A DNA stretch of 54,425 bases, filler included, from Bipalium vagum (Eukaryota), in NCBI GenBank assembly GCA_037834085.1. It is 3 parts of 3 records of this genome, joined end to end, with 100 filler letters (N's around TTAATTAATTAA, not from the genome) between each part and the next. Parts side by side here need not be neighbours in the genome. Positions count along the whole stretch, not along the records: positions 37,757 to 54,425 come from JBBMKC010099367.1; 2 more parts are not named here. One strand, given 5' to 3'. This document shows positions 50,831-54,425 of the stretch, piece after piece. The notes under the pieces were generated by a model. That model was not told the origin of the DNA. It searched no databases and saw only the letters and a program-made list of their open reading frames with translations. The position numbers and the translations under genes were made by a program. Position 1 is the stretch's first letter. Every line of letters begins with the position of its first letter.

Positions 50831-52269
50831 GACTAATTGTTTTAATCATAATCTTAAAGAATATAATATTTAATCTTTTTGTAATTCAGCACAAATATTT
50901 TAATTAAAAAAATCAAAGTATTTTGTAAAAAAATACTCAGCAATTAATGTAATAATTTATGCTATTGCACCTTATTTATTCAACTTAATTATAAAAACAC
51001 ATCTAAACTATATTTTTTAAGCAAAGAGGCCTTAAACCATTATTTAACCAAAATAACTTGATTAACTTTTAGGTTTATTTGTAACATTTTTAAAAAATTA
51101 ATACAATAATGTTTAACTTGTTTAAATATTAGGTGAATCTTATACAGGTCTTAACAATAAATTATTGTGAAATTATATCACAATAAATAACATTTTTCCT
51201 TTATTCGAAATGAATCACCATGACAATGAAAACAGTGATAGCCTGGCAATCATTAACAATTGGTAAAATATTTTTGAATATTGAATCGACTTTGATTAAT
51301 AAAATTTTATGAATCACTTGACAAAACAAACAAAGTTCATCCAACCAATCAGTACGTAATTACAATGATTTTTTAGCTAGTAAAATTGATAATATTTTTA
51401 ATAAATCAAGAAAATTGAATTTTATTTCATGAATAAATTTTAAACATCTTATTTTAATTATTGAAAAATTATTTTTTTAATTTATTAAATATTATCATGC
51501 ACTTTGATAATATATTGTGTTGATAATAATTGAATTTGTTTTAAAAATTAATAAAAATTAACATTGAAACGTTGTTAAAACGAAAAACCTTTAAATCAGT
51601 GTACTGAAATCTTAGTTATAATTTACATCGATACTTTTCCTTGCTCAAACTCGTACACTAATTGTCAGAATAGATTGTTTTCCTTCCATGTCGGTTTTTG
51701 GACTCTTACTATTCTAAAGTTTTTCATTCTTATTCATAGGCGAAGTCAGTCAATAATAAAGTGTTTTATTAACAATTTTTTTTGATGAATAATATAAAGA
51801 AATAAGAAAAATAAGATTAATTTATTTTAGAATTTCCACTATTTACATAGAACTATTGATTTTTAATTTAAAAAATGAAAAACAAAGATATGGAGTCGGT
51901 AATAATTTTTTACCAATAACATTTATTTATGAGAAAATTACATATTTGATTATAGAACACGAAGCTCGTTTATAGGTGAAAAATGTCTTATTCAATGTCC
52001 ATTCTAATGTCATCCTCGGTATAAGCTTAATTGATTTACTGTGAAATTAAACAGATTGACACTCCTACTCTAATCTTTAAACTACGGATAAGGCACAGCA
52101 AGTGTAAATATGGTTACTAATAACACCATTTCGGAATTGTATCAACACTCTCACGAAACCACATCCATCTATAAAAATCGTTTTTGATGATCTCAATTAT
52201 GGTGGTTGTTTTCAATGACTAAGACGTACTGCAATATTTTCAAGATTAAGTTGATATTTATGTATTACT

Positions 52270-52607
52270 AAATACATTTATTTGAAATCTTCTACACCCT
52301 GTATATTCTCCGGATCATGCGTCAACTGCTTTTATCTTTTCCGCTTGCTGTCAAACCAAATGAAAGGTATTACTTTTCAGAACGAGAATGATCTTAAAAA
52401 TTGGATCAGAGAATTCTTTCAGAGCAAATCTAGCAATTTTTATAATAAAGGTTTCGACAAATTGGTGGAAAGATGGGAGAAGGTCCTAAACAATGACGGA
52501 AATTATGTTATCGGATGATTTTTGTTATTATTCTTAAATAAAATAATTTAATTGGTTCATTTTTTATATTGTAAAAAATCACGAAAAAATATGTTAAAAC
52601 CTGATAC
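52270..52607 (+). mobile_element. Mariner 3' remnant
   Basis: HPVYSPD (frameshifted), FYLFRLL, KLVERWEKVLNNDGNYV. Confidence 0.85.
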
Positions 52608-54064
52608 AAATTAGATAACTATACTCAATGAAATCTAAAATGCGCTGCTTTTGATGGTCTATTCAATAATAAATGTTATTAATTAAAACGCGCATTTTAA
52701 ACTTAACAACCTAACAGAGAAAAACAGAAAAAGTACTCCTAAAATTTATCCTCTTCTTGGAACTATTCTATATTTATTTAAATATTTTTTATTAATGTCT
52801 TAAAATTAAAACTACTCAAAAATTAATTAAGTTAATTTCGTTCTCAAGACTGATAATAAAATAAACGTTTTTACAATAAAAAAACTGTTTAATTAATTAA
52901 ATAATAAAATTTAATCGATTTGATTATTGCAGCAATAAAAGTAACGAGAATTGGTCATCCAGTGGCATTTACCTTTTTATAATTACGAAATTTAATTGTT
53001 TAAAATGTGTATAAAATTATCTGCTGGGAAAAATATTTTTTGGAAACGGTTTTTTGATAAATAATTTTGAAAAATTTTAAAAATCTTTCTTTTATCTCCA
53101 ATTTTCAAGTTTTATAAAATAAAGAGATTGAATAAAATGATGTAGTTTTTGTAGAAATATTATGGATTTATCCTCCTTTCGTTCACATTGACTGTTTTCA
53201 AGATTTTACTCTATTTAGACAGTAAATGACAACATCCTCTCAGTACTAATTCTTTTATCTTGTCATATTTGTAATTAAATTAAAATTAGATTTTATGTAA
53301 TTAGTTTTACCTTGTTGTGAATATCTTTTAAGAAAAAATCATACATCATTATTAAAACAAACTTTTATCAAACTAAATGATAAAAAAATACATCAATATT
53401 ATTCTTGAAAGCCGGATATTCATTTGATAAGTTTTATTTTGAATTTTGTAGTTTTTGTATTACTTTTATTAGTACTATTCAATTGGTAAAAAATAATATT
53501 ATAATTTCACAATCGATTAAATATATCTTATTTTTACTAAAGAATTTATATAAGTAACAAAATATTTGCAACATTTATGAACTTTCAGTAGTTAATTGAC
53601 CATAAAGTAATTTTTTTTGATAAAAATACAGAATTATTTTTTATCGATTATTTTTTAGGAATTTGGAAATTCTAAATTTTAATTAAATAAATTAAGCGAA
53701 ACTATTTATTTAAAGTGTTTCTTCAAAAAATAAATGCCAATAAAATACAAAAATATTTCAGCCAAAATACAATGAAAATTCTAAAAACATGCAATTAAAT
53801 TTAAGCAGATTTTTAATTATTTCCTAAATTTTTCTAATTTAATTAAATGGCCGAAAAATATTTCAAGTAATTTTGTTAATAAAAAAATTGGATTTTTCAA
53901 TTATAATTTTTGACCATAAATCAAGAAAATTATAATTTATTGATAACATGAAAAATTAAGTAAACCCAACTATGCAGTCAAATCTTTTATGCACAGATTT
54001 ATTTACCAAAGATAAACTCACAAGCGATATCATTCTTTTCTTAAATAAATATATTTTGTATCAT

Positions 54065-54425
54065 ATTAGGTGAAAATCGAATACATGTTACTTATAAATA
54101 CATTTCTGTAATGATTATTATTATAATACATGGTTGGGCTGATAATTCTATAAAATGGAACCGAAAAAATTTAAATATTGAAATGATATTTTGAAATCTG
54201 GCACAGCATCCATTGATAACCTTATAACAATGGATGAAACAGCTTTGTCATTGTTTACAACAGGAGGCAAAAGAGAATCATCCGAATGGAGATTTCAACA
54301 CGAAAAACCACCAAAGAAATTAATGTGCGCCACGACTACTCGAAAATTTTTGATGTTAAGTGTCTTTTGGAACAGTGAGGGTGTCATAAAGCTTGATTTC
54401 ACAAAAGAAAAATTAAATGCGGATT
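54065..54425 (+). mobile_element. Mariner fragment running off the window
   Basis: LITMDETALSLF, KPPKK, MLSVFWNSEGVI. Confidence 0.8.

Noticed and set aside
52697-52705. AACTTAACA matching the element right end
   Set aside because: No upstream motif chain, partner TGTGGAG start or TSD found; expected by chance in AT-rich DNA.
1-54425. CRISPR arrays, tRNA/rRNA genes, prokaryotic operons
   Set aside because: No repeat-spacer periodicity or recognisable RNA genes seen; spliceosomal introns indicate eukaryotic DNA.

Overview
Very AT-rich eukaryotic genomic DNA, most consistent with a freshwater planarian (inferred from composition, AAT microsatellites and TE content). It is joined across three N-gaps, two of which carry an artificial TTAATTAATTAA linker. 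Three host genes are supported: a divergent intronless MOB kinase-activator-like ORF (7793-8620), four spliced exons of an SLC26 anion transporter (11948-18180, 3' half not found), and four spliced exons of an ERG/KCNH2-type K+ channel (28088-35566, both ends not found). The rest is decayed transposons: many mariners, DD41D, DD37D-like, DD37E and Tc1 elements, a pogo-type MITE, two Chapaev3-like copies, a hAT and several Gypsy fragments. The most notable pattern is in the first 6 kb. Apparently non-coding elements with asymmetric ends 5'-TGTGGAG...AACTTAACA-3' and 4-bp target-site duplications split a Gypsy RT and a Chapaev transposase. They share a terminal hairpin, an AT-rich/microsatellite body and a pyrimidine tract followed by a GC-rich stem-loop island, despite little sequence identity. 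They are probably solo LTRs of a Gypsy lineage with a conserved structured-RNA module. All calls are by eye; no database searches were run.
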